From UHGV virus genome UHGV-1366603: a DNA stretch of 64,000 nt, one strand, 5' to 3'. The notes below the pieces were generated by a model. It made no database searches. It was not told the DNA's origin and saw only the letters and a list, made by a program, of their open reading frames with translations. This document shows positions 63,994 through 64,000 of this stretch, one piece after another (the first letter of the stretch is position 1; each line of letters opens with the position of its first letter). The DNA is from a virus. Position numbers and translations under genes: made by a program.

Positions 63994-64000
63994 TATACAC

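Overview
This window reads as a gene-dense segment of a large virulent tailed dsDNA phage, probably of an enterobacterial host; that assignment is inference from gene content, not a database match. No integrase, transposase, tRNA or CRISPR array was seen. Three blocks are visible. (1) 1-2954 (+): a 5'-partial long-tail-fibre gene with 120-bp tandem fibre repeats and a C-terminal intramolecular-chaperone domain, followed by two T2-type gp38-like adhesin paralogs. (2) 3-16.5 kb and 37-64 kb (mostly +): many small hypothetical genes in several paralogous families, separated by hairpin/T-tract terminators and a recurring promoter-like motif. Recognisable products are a GH108-like endolysin, an M15-like peptidase, an SLT-type lytic transglycosylase, an SbcC/Rad50-like ATPase, a DEDDh-type exonuclease, an RNase H-like protein, a DUF1471-like protein and five tandem secreted small proteins. 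(3) 16.6-37.3 kb (-): one tightly packed operon encoding four fibre-like proteins (1440, 1394, 1727 and 401 aa) with a shared N-terminal module, then three paralogous Cys/Gly/Ser-rich precursor-like proteins, then two radical SAM enzymes (one with a SPASM-type C-terminal domain) and four unknown proteins. This last cassette resembles a RiPP-style precursor-plus-maturase system embedded in a tail-fibre operon and is the strongest candidate for an undescribed system here. All functional calls rest on motifs read by eye from the translations; none was confirmed by search.
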